From: Azolla caroliniana
Lineage: Eukaryota; Plantae; Polypodiophyta
Assembly: GCA_043228905.1 (NCBI GenBank)
Contig: JBHGNT010000002.1
Coordinates: 10,726,001-10,790,000, forward strand
DNA length: 64,000 nucleotides
Direction: 5' to 3'
This document shows, piece by piece, positions 12,799-25,481 of the stretch. The translations under genes were made by a program, and so were the position numbers. The notes under the pieces were generated by a model. That model was given only the letters and a program-made list of their open reading frames with translations. It searched no databases and was not told the DNA's origin. Every line of letters begins with the position of its first letter. Position 1 is the stretch's first letter.

Positions 12799-15700
12799 CA
12801 AGATAGATAGATTTGAAAGACAATAGAATACTCAAGACGATGTATATTACAAAGGAGATTAACTGAACTAATTACAAAGTAGGAGGAGAGTGCTTTATAT
12901 AGTCACTCTCTCTCTTCATTAACTACTGAAGCTCATGGGTCATGGGGAATGTGAAAACTCATTAGTTATGTGTCATAGAATATGATTCTATGACACATAG
13001 TTAATGTGTAGATAAGAGTGGTGACTTTTGACCTTTGAGTGCACACTCTCAAGGGTGTGTTCACACACTAGACTAGGTTGAGCTTGATTCTCAACGCACC
13101 CCCTCAAGCTCAACTTTGGTCAGCTACTTCGGTTGATGTCCGCTTCGGCTCGTATCCGGTTTGGATGGTATCCGGTACATCCGGTTCGTATCCGGTTCGG
13201 ACGGTATCCAGTTTTCGCTTGTACTCCCCCTCAAGCTTGGCAAGTCAAGGACCGTCAATCCAAGGTCTGACAGGAATTGCCGAAGCTTGTCGGCTCCTAG
13301 GGCTTTGGTGAAGATGTCGGATGTCTGAAGATTCGTAGTGATATGTTGAAGGTTGACATCGCTAGCCTAAACACGCCCTCGAATGAAGTGATAGTGCACT
13401 TCGATATGCTTTGTGCGTGCGTGGAACACCGGGTTCCGAGCCAGATAAATACTGCTCATGTTGTCGCAGTAAAGGAGAATCAGATCTTTCATGGGAACGC
13501 CCAGATCCTTTAATATCCTCTTGAGCCATACGACTTCACATGCAGCCACTACCGCGCCCCTGTATTCGGCCTTTGTGCTCAAAAGAGCGACGGTTGGTTG
13601 CTTCTTGCTACTCCAGGAGATGGCTCCACTTCCGAGGGAGAAGACGAAACCAGAGGTTGATCGTCGGTCAGCTTTGTAGCCTGCCCAGTCGGCATCTGTG
13701 TACCCCTTGAGTTGAATTGGCGTGACCGACTTATAGAGAATGCCATAGTCCATCGTTCCGCTCACGTATCATAGCATTCTCTTAGCACAATCCAAATGGA
13801 TATCTCATGGCATTTGCATGAATTGGCTAAGAAGGCTGACCGAATAGTTCAGGTCTGGTCGAGTGATCGTGAGGTAGATAAGAATACCGATCAGTTGTCG
13901 ATACTAAGTCGGCTCACACTCTGTGTTGCCAGAATTGGCATCTAGTTTGAGGTTTTGGTCGAGAGGTGTTGCCACAGACTTGCACTCAGTCATCCCGAAC
14001 TCGTATAACAAGTTGAGAATGTAGTGTCATTGGGAGATCATAATCCCGACCGGAGTCCAAATTACCTCGATGCCAAGGAAGTAGTGGAGCTCTTTCATGC
14101 CCGTCATCTCGAATTTGTTGGAAAGGAGGGTTTTGACCTTGTTGATGTCGACTAGATGCTCCTCCAATGACCAAATCATCCACGTACAAGATGATGATGA
14201 TCGAAATTTCGGAATCACTTCTTACATAGACAGAATTGTCGGATTTTGACATTCGAAAGCCAATTTGATGAAGATATTGTGTTATCTTCAAGTGCCAAGC
14301 ACGTAGTGCTTGCTTAAGGCCGTAGAGAGGCTTCTTGAGTCGGCAGATGGCTTTTAGATGAATGTTGGATTCGAAGCCGGGTGGTTGTACCATGTACACC
14401 TCCTTTTCTAATTCGCCTTGAAGAAAAGCGTTCTTGACATCCATCTGATGGAGGTACCACCCTTTTGCTGCTGCAAGCGCTATCACGGTTCGCACAGTTG
14501 TCATCTTTGCCACCGGGGCAAAGGTCTCTTCATAGTCAACGCCTTGTGTTTGTGCGTAGCCCTTTGCTACAAGTCGAGCTTTGTAGCGGTTGATGAAACC
14601 GTCGACATTATACTTCACTTTGTATATCCATCTGCAGCCGATTGCCTTCTTGTGCGGTGAGTGAGGGACGAGATCCCATGTCTCGTTCTTGCTGAGAGCT
14701 TGCATCTCCTCGTTCATCGCTTCAACCCATCGCAGATCTTTAGCAGCTTCGACAAAGCTCTCCGGTTCTCGAATAGCTGCCACCTTCATCATAAAGGCAT
14801 AGTGGTATGCCATATAGTCGTTGTAGCCAAATCGGCTAACCGGATTCTTCTCTCGGGTGGCGTGACGGAGTTTCTCATTTGCCAATGTGAGTGCTTTCTC
14901 AACTCCGGGTGACCTCATAAGAGGCACATCAAAGCCATCGAACTCACTATCGAGTGAATGAGTCTATTCGTTGCTGTCGAAGTGATTGTCTTCATATTCC
15001 GACATTTTGGCCTTCCCTTTGTCCATCTTTGGACTTGGCCGATATGTGCTTTGGTTGCTTGGAGGCTCTTGTGGTCCGCTCAATCTGGTTGAGATCGGAC
15101 TCTCTTCGAGTAGTTGATCATCATCTTCTGTGTTGTCGAGGTCGTTCGTAGATGGTTCGGGAGGAGTCGGCTCGGGTTTGTACCATGGTGTCGATTCGTC
15201 AAAGACGGCATCCCGACATACACGAGTCTTCCGAGTAGAGGGGTTGAAGCACTTGTACCCCTTTTGCTCCAGTGAGTACCCCACGAGGATGCACTTCTCT
15301 GATTTTGCCGCTTCTCATCGGGAATGTGCACGTATGCAATGGAGCCGAATATCCTTACATGGGATAGGTCCGACTTCTTCCCATAGTATTTCTCATGCGG
15401 GGTGACCTCGTGCACTTCGGATGTTGTGCATTGGTTCATGAGGTAGACGGTGGTATTTGCAGCTTCTCCCCAATATGACTTGGGCATATGCTTCTCATTT
15501 AGCATGGCCCTTGCTACTTTGAGGATGTGCCGATTCTTGCGTTCGGCTACACCATTATGTTGTGGTGTGTGTCGGCAAGTGAATTCTCGCCGAATTCCTT
15601 CTTGTCAAAGGTATGCCATGAATGCATCGGAGAAGTATTCCTTTCCTCCGTTTGTCCGAAGACATCGTACATGATGCCCAGTTGTATTTCGACTTCGCTT

Positions 15701-18152
15701 TTGAATTTTTGGAAGTGTGTAAACACTTCGCTCTTCATCCTCATGGGAAAGATTCATGTGTATCTAGAGAAGTCATCGATGAAGGTAACATAGTACCGAC
15801 ATCCTCCGAATGTAGCCGTCTGTGCCGGTCCCCACACATCTGAGTGGACTACGTCCAATAGGCCTTTGCTCACGTTCCTCTCCTTCGGGAATGGGTGCCG
15901 ATGTTGCTTGCCGAATTGGCATGCTTCACATACTCCTTCAATATCTTTCTCTTTGAAGATCAGGAGCCCGATGACGACTCCTTTCGATTGCATCGCCTTG
16001 AGTTTGTTGAGATTGCTATGGCCGATTCTTTTATGCCATAGCTCTATGTCGGTGTTGGATTCGAGGCCCTTTGCGTACATAGACGATTTCACCTCGTTTG
16101 ACTTGAGGATAAACATTCTACCTTCCCTTCGACCTCGAGCGATGAGTCAACCTTCCTTATCGATGAAGCAACCACCTTGGTTGAATCGAACTTGCATCCC
16201 TTGCTCCACTATTTGGCTAACCGAGACCAAATTCTTCGTTATGGTGGGTACATGTAATACATTTTTTATGCAAGTTTGTTTGCCATCTTCCCCGAATGGG
16301 ACATTGCCAATATGTCGAATAGGATGAGTGGCGTCATCTCCGGTCTCGACATAACCAGGTCGATCCGGCTCTCATAAGCCTCAGAACAATTCTTGACGGG
16401 ACGTCATATGGTTCGAAGCACCGGAGTCGACAAACCATACATCTTCCGGATTGGGGGCATTAGTCGAAGTAGAGGCCGACATAGAATTTGCTCTATCTCT
16501 CATCACGAACATTCCGCCAAGGTCTTCATAATCGGAGTTAGTGGCATAATTTGTAAGTTGTCGGCTTGTGGCATAATTTGTAAGTTGGTTCGAAGCACCG
16601 GAGTCGACAAACCATACATCTTCCGGATTGGGGGCATTAGTCGAAGTAGAGGCCGACATAGAATTTGCTCTATCTCTCATCACGAACATTCCGCCAAGGT
16701 CTTCATAATCGGAGTTAGTGGCATAATTTGTAAGTTGTCGGCTTGTGGAAGCCGACTCGCGCTTCTTCTTCCGGCACTCTTCTTCATGATGGCCAATTTT
16801 TCTGCAATATCTGCATTCGATCGAGTTTTGTCGACTCGAACTGGAATGAAAGCTCCCCCTTCTTCCGAAGGTTCCTCGATGGCTTCTGTCTTGTTGCTAA
16901 AATTGGGAGTTGTTGTCGTAAGTCGAACCTCATCCGCCGCCTCGTCCTTGGCCGAATTAGCCTCTTGCTCGGCCATGTCCTCTTCCTCCATTCGAATGCG
17001 TGTAGAGCATGTGGCCTTCCGAGGCATTGCTCCTTGTTTGAACATGATTCTCTTCGACCAATAACATAGATTGAAGATCGAAGGAGGGTGGATTCTCCCG
17101 TGCTAGTACGGTGGTCTGCATTGCGCCGAATCGTGGTGCAAGGCCGCCGAGGCATATTTGCACCATTTCGTCATCCTCCACATTGAGATTTATTGAGCCG
17201 AGTGCATCACAAAGCTCCTTGATCTTCAAGGTGTAGCTTGTGATGGACATATCCCTTTGTTGGATGTTGTTCAACTCTTGGCAGAGTTGAAGCTTCCTCG
17301 CGGTCGTGTTGGCGACGAAAATCTTTCGTAGATTTTCCCATGCTTCCTTCAGCGTCTCGGCTTCTCGAATGTAACCGAGCATGTGGTCGTGAACACATGT
17401 TGCCAAACAATACATTACTCGACTCATCGCTTGCTTCCATGTTGCATAGTCGGCGTCTTCCGGGTCGGGCCGGTTTTCTTGTGCTCCTTTGATGTAGCTC
17501 CAATAGCCTTGACCGACAAGGTATTGATGCATCTTGTACTCCCAAGATGCGAAGTTGTTTCGGTCCAACTTCTCGCTAGGGAGAGCGCTCCCCATTTGAG
17601 TATTCATGGCGTTCGATGTAGATTTCTTCCTTCTTCTTCTCTCTTGGATACGTGCTATGTAGTCGCACTATGATAGCGATGAGCCAATTATTCTTGAACG
17701 TCAGCATAGAGCTCAACACATGCGGATGGGCGAGATCAAGCTACCAAACCGCTCTGATACCATGTAAAGAATCGATGGTGATTCTTGTGCAACGGAATAG
17801 ACTAGAGATATGTGCTGTGAGTGTGTGTGTATGAGAGAGAGAGACAGAGAAATACAAGATAGATAGATTTGAAAGACAATAGAATACTCAAGATGATGTA
17901 TATTACAAAGGAGATTAACCGAACTGATTACAAAGTAGGAGGAGAGTGCTTTATATAGTCACTCTCTCTCTTCATTAACTACCGAAGCTCATGGGTCACG
18001 GGCAATGTGAAAACTCATTAGTTATGTGTCATAGAATATGATTCTATGGCACATACTTAATGTGTAGATAAGAGTGGTGACTTTTGACCTTTGAGTGCAC
18101 ACTCTCAAGGGTGTGTTCACACACTAGACTAGGTTGAGCTTGATTCTCAATA
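12679..18152 (-). mobile_element. Full-length decayed Copia (Ale-like group), gag-PR-INT-RT-RH
   Basis: LTRs 12679-13096 and 17763-18152, TSD GTTAG. The Met PBS TGGTATCAGAGC abuts the 5' LTR. Domains: gag 16957-17607, PR WFVDSGAS, INT WHKRIGH..CEAC and VHSDVWGP, RT QMDVKNAFL and YVDD, RH 13367-13765. It contains stops and frameshifts. The lineage call is tentative. Confidence 0.95.
16410..16750. repeat. Tandem duplication with a 177-bp period at the protease start
   Basis: GGTTCGAAGCACCGGAGTCGAC.. starts at both 16410 and 16587. The peptide DVWFVDSGASN appears twice. Confidence 0.9.
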
Positions 18153-18163
18153 GTTAGAGAAAA

Positions 18164-18292
18164 GGTTTAGGGTTTAGGATTTCGGGTTAGTGTTAGGATT
18201 TAGGGTTATGGTTTAGGATTTAGGAATTGGGTTAGGGTTAGGGTTTAGGGTTATGGTTTAGGGTTATGGTTTAGGGTCTAGGATTTTGGGTT
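18164..18292 (+). repeat. Degenerate interstitial telomere-like array (TTTAGGG/TTAGGG/TTATGG/TTTAGGA)
   Basis: About 130 bp of tandem variant units, read directly. Confidence 0.8.
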
Positions 18293-18726
18293 CATTGTTC
18301 ACGAGGTTGAAAGGAGTGCAATACGATTAGCAATAGGCGGGTGGGAGTGTGTACAAGGGAGAGTAAGAGTTAGAGAATATAAGATAAGAGAGAGAGATAT
18401 ATATACATAAAGATGAGTGTGAGAGAGAGATAGACTAAAAACAAATTTTTTTCATTAGAAAAACTAAAAACTAGAAAGAAGATAACCAAATGGTTGAGTG
18501 GTATTAATTGAAAGACTCCATAACTAGTGTTGTTCACCTTGAATTCCTTCAAGGTGAACTCAACTATTTATACTACATGGCATGCATGCTTGTTGCACGC
18601 ATGTGAATCTACAATAGAGCATGTAGGTACGAATGCATGTGCCAAGTGTAAATAATACAAGGGAGCAACAATGCACATGATTCTAGTTAAAAACTACAAG
18701 GAGCAATTATACACATGATTGTATAC

Positions 18727-21700
18727 TGTTAGGATTTTGGTCCCTCCGGATGGGATATGAGTACCTGGCAACAGAAGACCCGGTGAGAACCGGATGATGA
18801 GTACCCGATAAGGAAGACCCAGTGAGAACCGGATGACGTAGGCCCGGTGAGAACCTGTCACCGGATGAAGGGACATATATGTAAATATGTTTCTGTTAGC
18901 CCATTGTGGCTATATTTGTAAATAGCCCGAAAGTCATATTAGTATAAATATGACCTAGGGCAAACAGAGTTAGTGTGTGTATCATTGTGTTGTCATTATT
19001 TTGTATAGAGTTATTGGTGTAACTATTGTACAAAGTGTAGTAGAGGGAATGAGAGAGAGACATAGTGAGTCTCTGTTGTAACCGCCGCCAGGCGAAGATT
19101 GTGAGCATGAGGTCGTTGCCTTTGTGTTTACCTGTTGTATTCCTCTCGACATAGTGATAGTTGGAGTTTGTGAACTCCCGTGGTTTTTCCCATTTAGGGT
19201 TTTCCATGTTAACATCCTGTGCATTCTCTTATGTTTGTGTACTTACTTCCATTTCTCACTTTTTTCTGTGTTTGATTATCATCAAGTGATTGAAGACTCG
19301 GTTGTGGTCGAGCACCATTCTGCATATTCATTACAATATGGTATCAGAGCAAGGTTACACAGAAGATGGAAGAATCGTTCGGTAGCATGTTCAAGCTCAC
19401 CGGCTCCAACTACTCAGTGTGGAAGTCAAAGATGAGGGACATGCTCATGGTCAAAGATCTCTGGTTGCCGGTTCAATTCGGGGACAAGAGATCGAACAAG
19501 ATCTATGCCACGGTGTGGGAGATGATGCACATGAAGACAACAACTTACATCCGGTGCTTCATCGACATGAGCCTGTACAACAACTTCAATGAAGAGAGCA
19601 AGGCTCATGAGCTATGGGAGAAGATCGGCATTATGTTTCAGAACAAAAATGTTGTTAATCGGGTTTCGGTATTTCGGAAGCTAGTGAGGCTCTGGTACCA
19701 AGACGGCTCCAGTATGGCGGAGCACATGAATGCCTTCCAGGGGCTGATTCACTAGGCAACCTCATTGGAAGTACCTCTCGTTGATGAGGTACTTGCTCTA
19801 CTCCTACTTGGTTCCCTCCCGGATAGTTGGGAGATGTTAGTTGTCACTTTGGGCAACACCGGGCCGGAAGGAAAACAATTATCCCTAGCAAGAGTCAAGT
19901 CGAGCTTGCTAGATGAGGAGGCGCATTGGAAAAACAAGGATATGAGCTCCGACTCCAAAGTGCTCCTTACCGAATTGGAACGCGGAAGACAAAGGAATCA
20001 GAGTCGCTAGAACCGGGAAAAGTCGAGGACACGGTCAAAGGGGGAGGCCCACTTGCTTCTATTGCAACAAGCCGGGGCACTTCCAGAAGAACTGTCGGCA
20101 TTTCCGGAAAGACAAGGGAACCGACAGTACTGATTCGAAGAAGTCACCAGACCGAAACGGTTCGGATTGGTGAGGACCGAACCGGAAGGGAACGACGGCA
20201 ATTGCGGCAAGTGAAGAGGAGTTGATGCTCATCACCGAGGAGAGTGAGTTGAACCTTGCCGTTGACGAGACAACGTGGGTTGTCGACTCCGGAGTGTCAT
20301 TCCACCTTACCCCGGACCGGAAATGCTTCTCATCCTACACAGCCGGTGAGCACGGCTGTGTCCGGATGGGGAATGAAGGGACATGCCGAATTATCGGCAT
20401 AGGAGATGTGTTGTTGACGACATCAACCGGATGCAAGTTGCTGCTAAAGGATGTCCGACACGTTCCGGAGGTTCGACTGAACCTAATATTAGCCGGTAGG
20501 TTAGACGAGGAAGGCTCCATGGGTAGCATCCGGAACGGAGTCATGAAGTTCAACAAAGGGAGCCTAATAGTGGCTCGGGCCCGGAAAGTCAACACACTAT
20601 ACCTAATGAATGCCCGGTTATGCTGGGAAGAAGAAGTGAACGTTGCATCCAACATTGCCGGTGAGTTGTGGCACAAGAGACTGTGTCACATGAGCGAGAA
20701 GGAGATGAAGAGGGTTGCTGATGACAACCTCATTCCGGTGAAAGACATGCATCTTGAGAAGTGCACCGATTGCCTGGCCGGTAAGCAAAACCGGACTTCC
20801 TTCCGCTCAAGGCCATCGATGAGACGTAATGCACCACTAGAGCTGGTGCATACCGATGTGTGTCAGGTGGACATGAAGTCACATGCTGGATCACAGTACT
20901 TCGTGACGTTCATAGATGACCATAGCCACACCATTGAAGATGAAGGATTAGGTGTTATCCGTCTTCAAGGAGCTCCACGTAAGAGTGGAAAGAGAAACCG
21001 GCCGAAAGCTGAAGGCGGTTCGAGCAGATAACAGAGGCGAATACCGGGGGCAGTTTGAGGAGTACTGCCGCTCAAAGGGAATCCGGCTCGAATTTACCAT
21101 GCCGAAGACGCAAAAACTAAACAGGTTGGCCGAGAGGATGAACCGAACCATAATGGAGAGGGTTCGGAGTATGCTGGCACATGCAAGGTTACCCAAGGCA
21201 TTTTGGGCTGAGGCATTGGCGACAACGACGTACGTGATAAACACATCACCATCAGTACCCTTGGACGGAGACATGCCGCAAAGAGTGTGGACCGGTAACG
21301 AAGTGTCTTGCTGGCATCTAAAGGTGTTTGGGTGTCTCGTTTACGTGCATGTTGCAAAGGACCAGAGAGCAAAGTTGGATCCAAAGTCCCGACTGTGCAT
21401 ATTCCTCGGATACGGCGATGATGAGTTCGGCTACCAAGTGTGGGATCTGGTCAACAAGAAGGTTTTCCGGAGTCGATATATTATCTTCATGGAGGACAAG
21501 ACTCTTGCCGACTGGGAGTCGGAGAAGAAGGTAATGAACTCCGAGTCGATTGGAAAGGACCGATTCGATGAGATGCAAACCCAACCGGCAAAGAGCCGGT
21601 TAACACTCAAAGAACTGGCCGGTTATGGAGAGGACACCTACCGGTAGAAGAAGAGGAAGCATGAACCGGAACCGGCCAAGATCCCGAATCGGATTCTGAT

Positions 21701-23981
21701 GAAGAACAAATAGAGGAGCTGGTTGCTGGAAACCAAGGACACAGATATCCTCTCAGAGAAAGAAGAACCCCCTGGAGATTTCTGGATGCAGAGCATGTGT
21801 TGCTGACCGATGAGGGGGAGCCGGAAAGCTTCGAAGATGCGAAGGATGACACCCATAGCCGCAAGTGGTTGAGTGCCATGTAGAGCGAGATGGATTCCCT
21901 GCATGAGAACCACACGTATGAATTGGTGGAGTTGCCGAAAGGAAAGAGGGCACTCCGAAACAAGTGGGTGTACATGCTGAAACTGGGAGATACCGGCAAT
22001 CCCTCGAGATACAAAGCCAGGATTGTGGTGAAGGGGTTCCAGCAGAAGAAGGGTGTGGACTTCAACGAGATATTTGCCCCGGTAGTAAAGATGACTTCCA
22101 TTCGGATGGTGCTAAGCGTAGCGGCAAGCATGGACCTCATGGTAGAGCAGTTAGATGTGAAGACGACGTTCCTCCACGGCAACCTCAAAGAGGAGATCTA
22201 CATGCAACAACCAGAGGGATTTGTGAAGAAAGGGAAGGAGCACCTGGTTTGCAGGTTGAAGAAGAGCCTCTACGGTTTGAAGCAGGCTCCCCGACAATGG
22301 TACCAGAAGTTCGACTCCTTCATGACCGATCAAGGGTACCACAAGATGTAGGCTGATCACTGCGTATTTGTGAAGAAGTTCGAAGGTGGAGACTTCTTGA
22401 TACTCCTCCTGTACGTGGACGACATGTTGATCGTCGGACGAGACCAAGACAAGATACAGATGCTGAAGAAGGCTCTGAACCAGACCTTCTCAATGAAAGA
22501 CTTGGGTTCGGCAAGACAGATACTGAGGATGCATATCATCCGAGACCGGTCAAAGAAGCAATTGTGGCTGTCACAGGAGAAATACGTGACAAAGGTGCTT
22601 CAGCGGTTCAACATGTCAGACGCGAAACCGGTCGGATCAACACTTCCGGCAAACTGCAAGCTATCCGGTAAGCAAAGCCTGAAGATGGAAGCAGAGAAGG
22701 TGGATATGATGAAGATACCATATGCCTCTACCGTCGGGAGCTTAATGTACGCAATGGTGTGTACCCGACCGGATATCGGATACGCAGTTGGAGTGGTGAG
22801 CCGGTTTATGAGCAATCCCGGCAAGGAGCACTAGAATGCAGTAAAATGGATACTCCGGTACTTGAAAGGCACCTTAAGTATGTGTCTCCGATTCGGCTCT
22901 AGTAAACCCCAACTTGCCGGTTTCACGAATTCGGATATGTCGGCTGATGCGGATACCATCCGGTCAACATCGGGATATGTCATGACATATGTAGGGGGAG
23001 CTGTCTCGTGGCAGTCGAGGCCGCAGAAGACGGTTGCGTTGTCAACCACGGAAGCGGAGTACATGGCAGCTGTGGAAGCCGGCAAGGAAATACTGTGGAT
23101 GAAGGACTTCATCGGAGAGCTAGGGATCCGGCAAGAGGAATACCGGCTCTACTATGACAATCAGAGTGCCATCCACCTTGCAAAGAACGCTGCCTATCAT
23201 TCCAAGACAAAGCACATCCAGTGCAGGTATCACTAGGTCCGGGAGCGAGTAGAAGGTCGGGAGTTCGCGCTGACGAAAATCCACACGGAGGAGAATGGGT
23301 CAGATATGTTGACCAAAGTGCTGACACCTAACAAGCTAGATACGTGCAAGAAGAGGATCAGATTGATGAGGCATCCCATGCCGGAGTGAAGGGGGAGTTT
23401 GGTAGGATTTCGGTCCCTCCGGATGGGATATGAGTCCCCATCAACGGAAGACCCGGTGAGAACCGGATGACGTAGGCCCGGTGAGAACCTCTCACCGGAT
23501 GAAGGGACATATATGTAAATATGTTTCTGTTAGCCCATTGTAGCTATATTTGTAAATAGCCCGAAAGTCATATTAGTATAAATATGACCTAGGGCAAACA
23601 GAGTTAGTGTGTGTATCATTGTGTTGTCATTATTTTGTATAGAGTTATTGGTGTAACTGCTATACAGAGCGTAGTAGAGGGAAAGAGAGAGAGACAGAGA
23701 GAGAGACAGAGTGAGTCTCTGTTGTAAACATCGCCAGGCGAAGATTGTGAGCACGAGGTCGCTGCCTCCATGTTTACCTGTTGTATTCCTCTCGACATAG
23801 TGATAGTTGGAGTTTGTGAACTCCCGTGGTTTTTCCCATTTAGGGTTTTCCATGTTAACATCCTGTGCATTCTCTTATGTTTGTGTACTTACTTCCATTT
23901 CTCACTTTTTTCTGTGTTTGATTATCATCAAGTGATTGAAGACTCGGTTGTGGCCGAGCACTATTCCACATATTCTTTACA
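18727..23981 (+). mobile_element. Full-length decayed Tork/Tnt1-like Copia
   Basis: LTRs 18727-19335 and 23400-23981, TSD TATAC. Met PBS at 19339-19350 and PPT GAAGGGGGAG before 23400. gag from 19366, then PR WVVDSG, INT, RT (LDVKTTFLHG, YVDDM) and RH. Several TAG stops and frameshifts. Confidence 0.95.
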
Positions 23982-24059
23982 TATACTAGATATTTTGGTT
24001 AACCCATAACACTTGATTATAACATGGTCATGTCAAGAGTTCAAATCTTTATAGTTTTA

Positions 24060-25163
24060 TAGACATGAGTCTCTATAACAACTTCAACGAAGAAACCAAG
24101 GCGGATGTCCTTTGGAAGAAGATCAACATTATTTTTGAGAAAAACAATGTTTTCAACAGAGTATCAATATTCCGAAAGATTGTAAGAATTAGGTATCAAG
24201 ATGGCGGAGCATCTGAATGTCTTCCAAGGATAAATCAACCAAACCATCTCTCTAGAAGTGCCTTTTGCTGACAAGGTATTAGCACTGTTATTGTTGGGAT
24301 CCCTTCCGGATAGCTGGGAGACATTGGTTGTCACATTAGGAAATGTCGGCCCGAAAGAGAAACACCTATCCCTAGAGATGGTGAAGTCAAGTTTGTTAAA
24401 TGAATAAGCTCGCCGAAAGGAGGGGGAGTCCATTTCCAACCCGAAGGCCTTAGTCACAAAAGGTGACATGAATCGAGGAAGAGGCTGGAATAGAATTCCC
24501 CAAAACCGAGAGAAGTCGGGGACGAGGTCGAAATCAAGGGGAAGGCCCACGTGCTTCTACAGTGGGAAGTCGGGGCATTTTCAAAAGAATTGTCAGCACT
24601 ACCAGAAAGATAAAGGGGGGCCTAATGGTACTGAACCGAAGAAGATTCCGAATAGAAAGGGCACCACAACTATCATGGAGGAGTTGTTACTCATTAGTGA
24701 GCAAAGTGAGCTAAACCTTTTCAAAGATGAATCGACATGGGCTTCTCATCATACACAATTAGGGATCACAGCTTTGTAAAGATGGGAAATGAGGGAGCAT
24801 GCCGAATCATCGGCATAAGAGATGTGTGTTTGTTAACTTCAACCAGGTGCATACCTGTGTTGAAAGATGTGTATCATGTTCTAGAGGTCGGATTGAATCT
24901 AATATCAACTGGTTGGCTAGATGATGAAGGCTACACGGGCAACATCCGAAACGACACTCTAAAGTTTTGTAAGGGAAGCCTAATTGTGGCCCGAGTCCAG
25001 AAGATAAACACATTGTATTTGATGTATGCTCAACTTTGCCGGGAGGAAGTAAATGTGGCAGCTAGCACCGCTTGTGAGTTGTGGCACAAGAGGCTATGCC
25101 ACATGAGTGAGAAGGGGATGCAGAAGCTTGCCGAAGAAAATCTCATACCGGAGATAAAGAATG
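24060..25163 (+). mobile_element. Degenerate Tork-like gag-PR fragment
   Basis: ORFs 24065-24271, 24468-24779 and 24737-25201 resemble the 19560-20740 region. Confidence 0.8.
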
Positions 25164-25402
25164 TGTTGGGAAAACCAGTCCCTCCGGATGGGATCGGATG
25201 AGCCAAATCGCAGGCCATCCAGAAGGTATCCAAATCATATCCGATGTGAACCAAAAGTAGGGGCATATTAGTAAATATGTTCCGATGTGCATGTTCAGGA
25301 CATACTTGTAAATAGCCCGAAAGTTATATGAGTATAAATAACTAGGGCAAAAACTTATTATGTAGGGGGTTGTTAGTTAGTTATTGAGTAGTTACCACTG
25401 TA

Positions 25403-25481
<79 letters not shown>

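Noticed and set aside
18770-18865. Short direct repeats (GACCCGGTGAGAACCGGATGA) resembling an array
   Set aside because: LTR-internal tandem units that differ in number between the two LTRs; not CRISPR.
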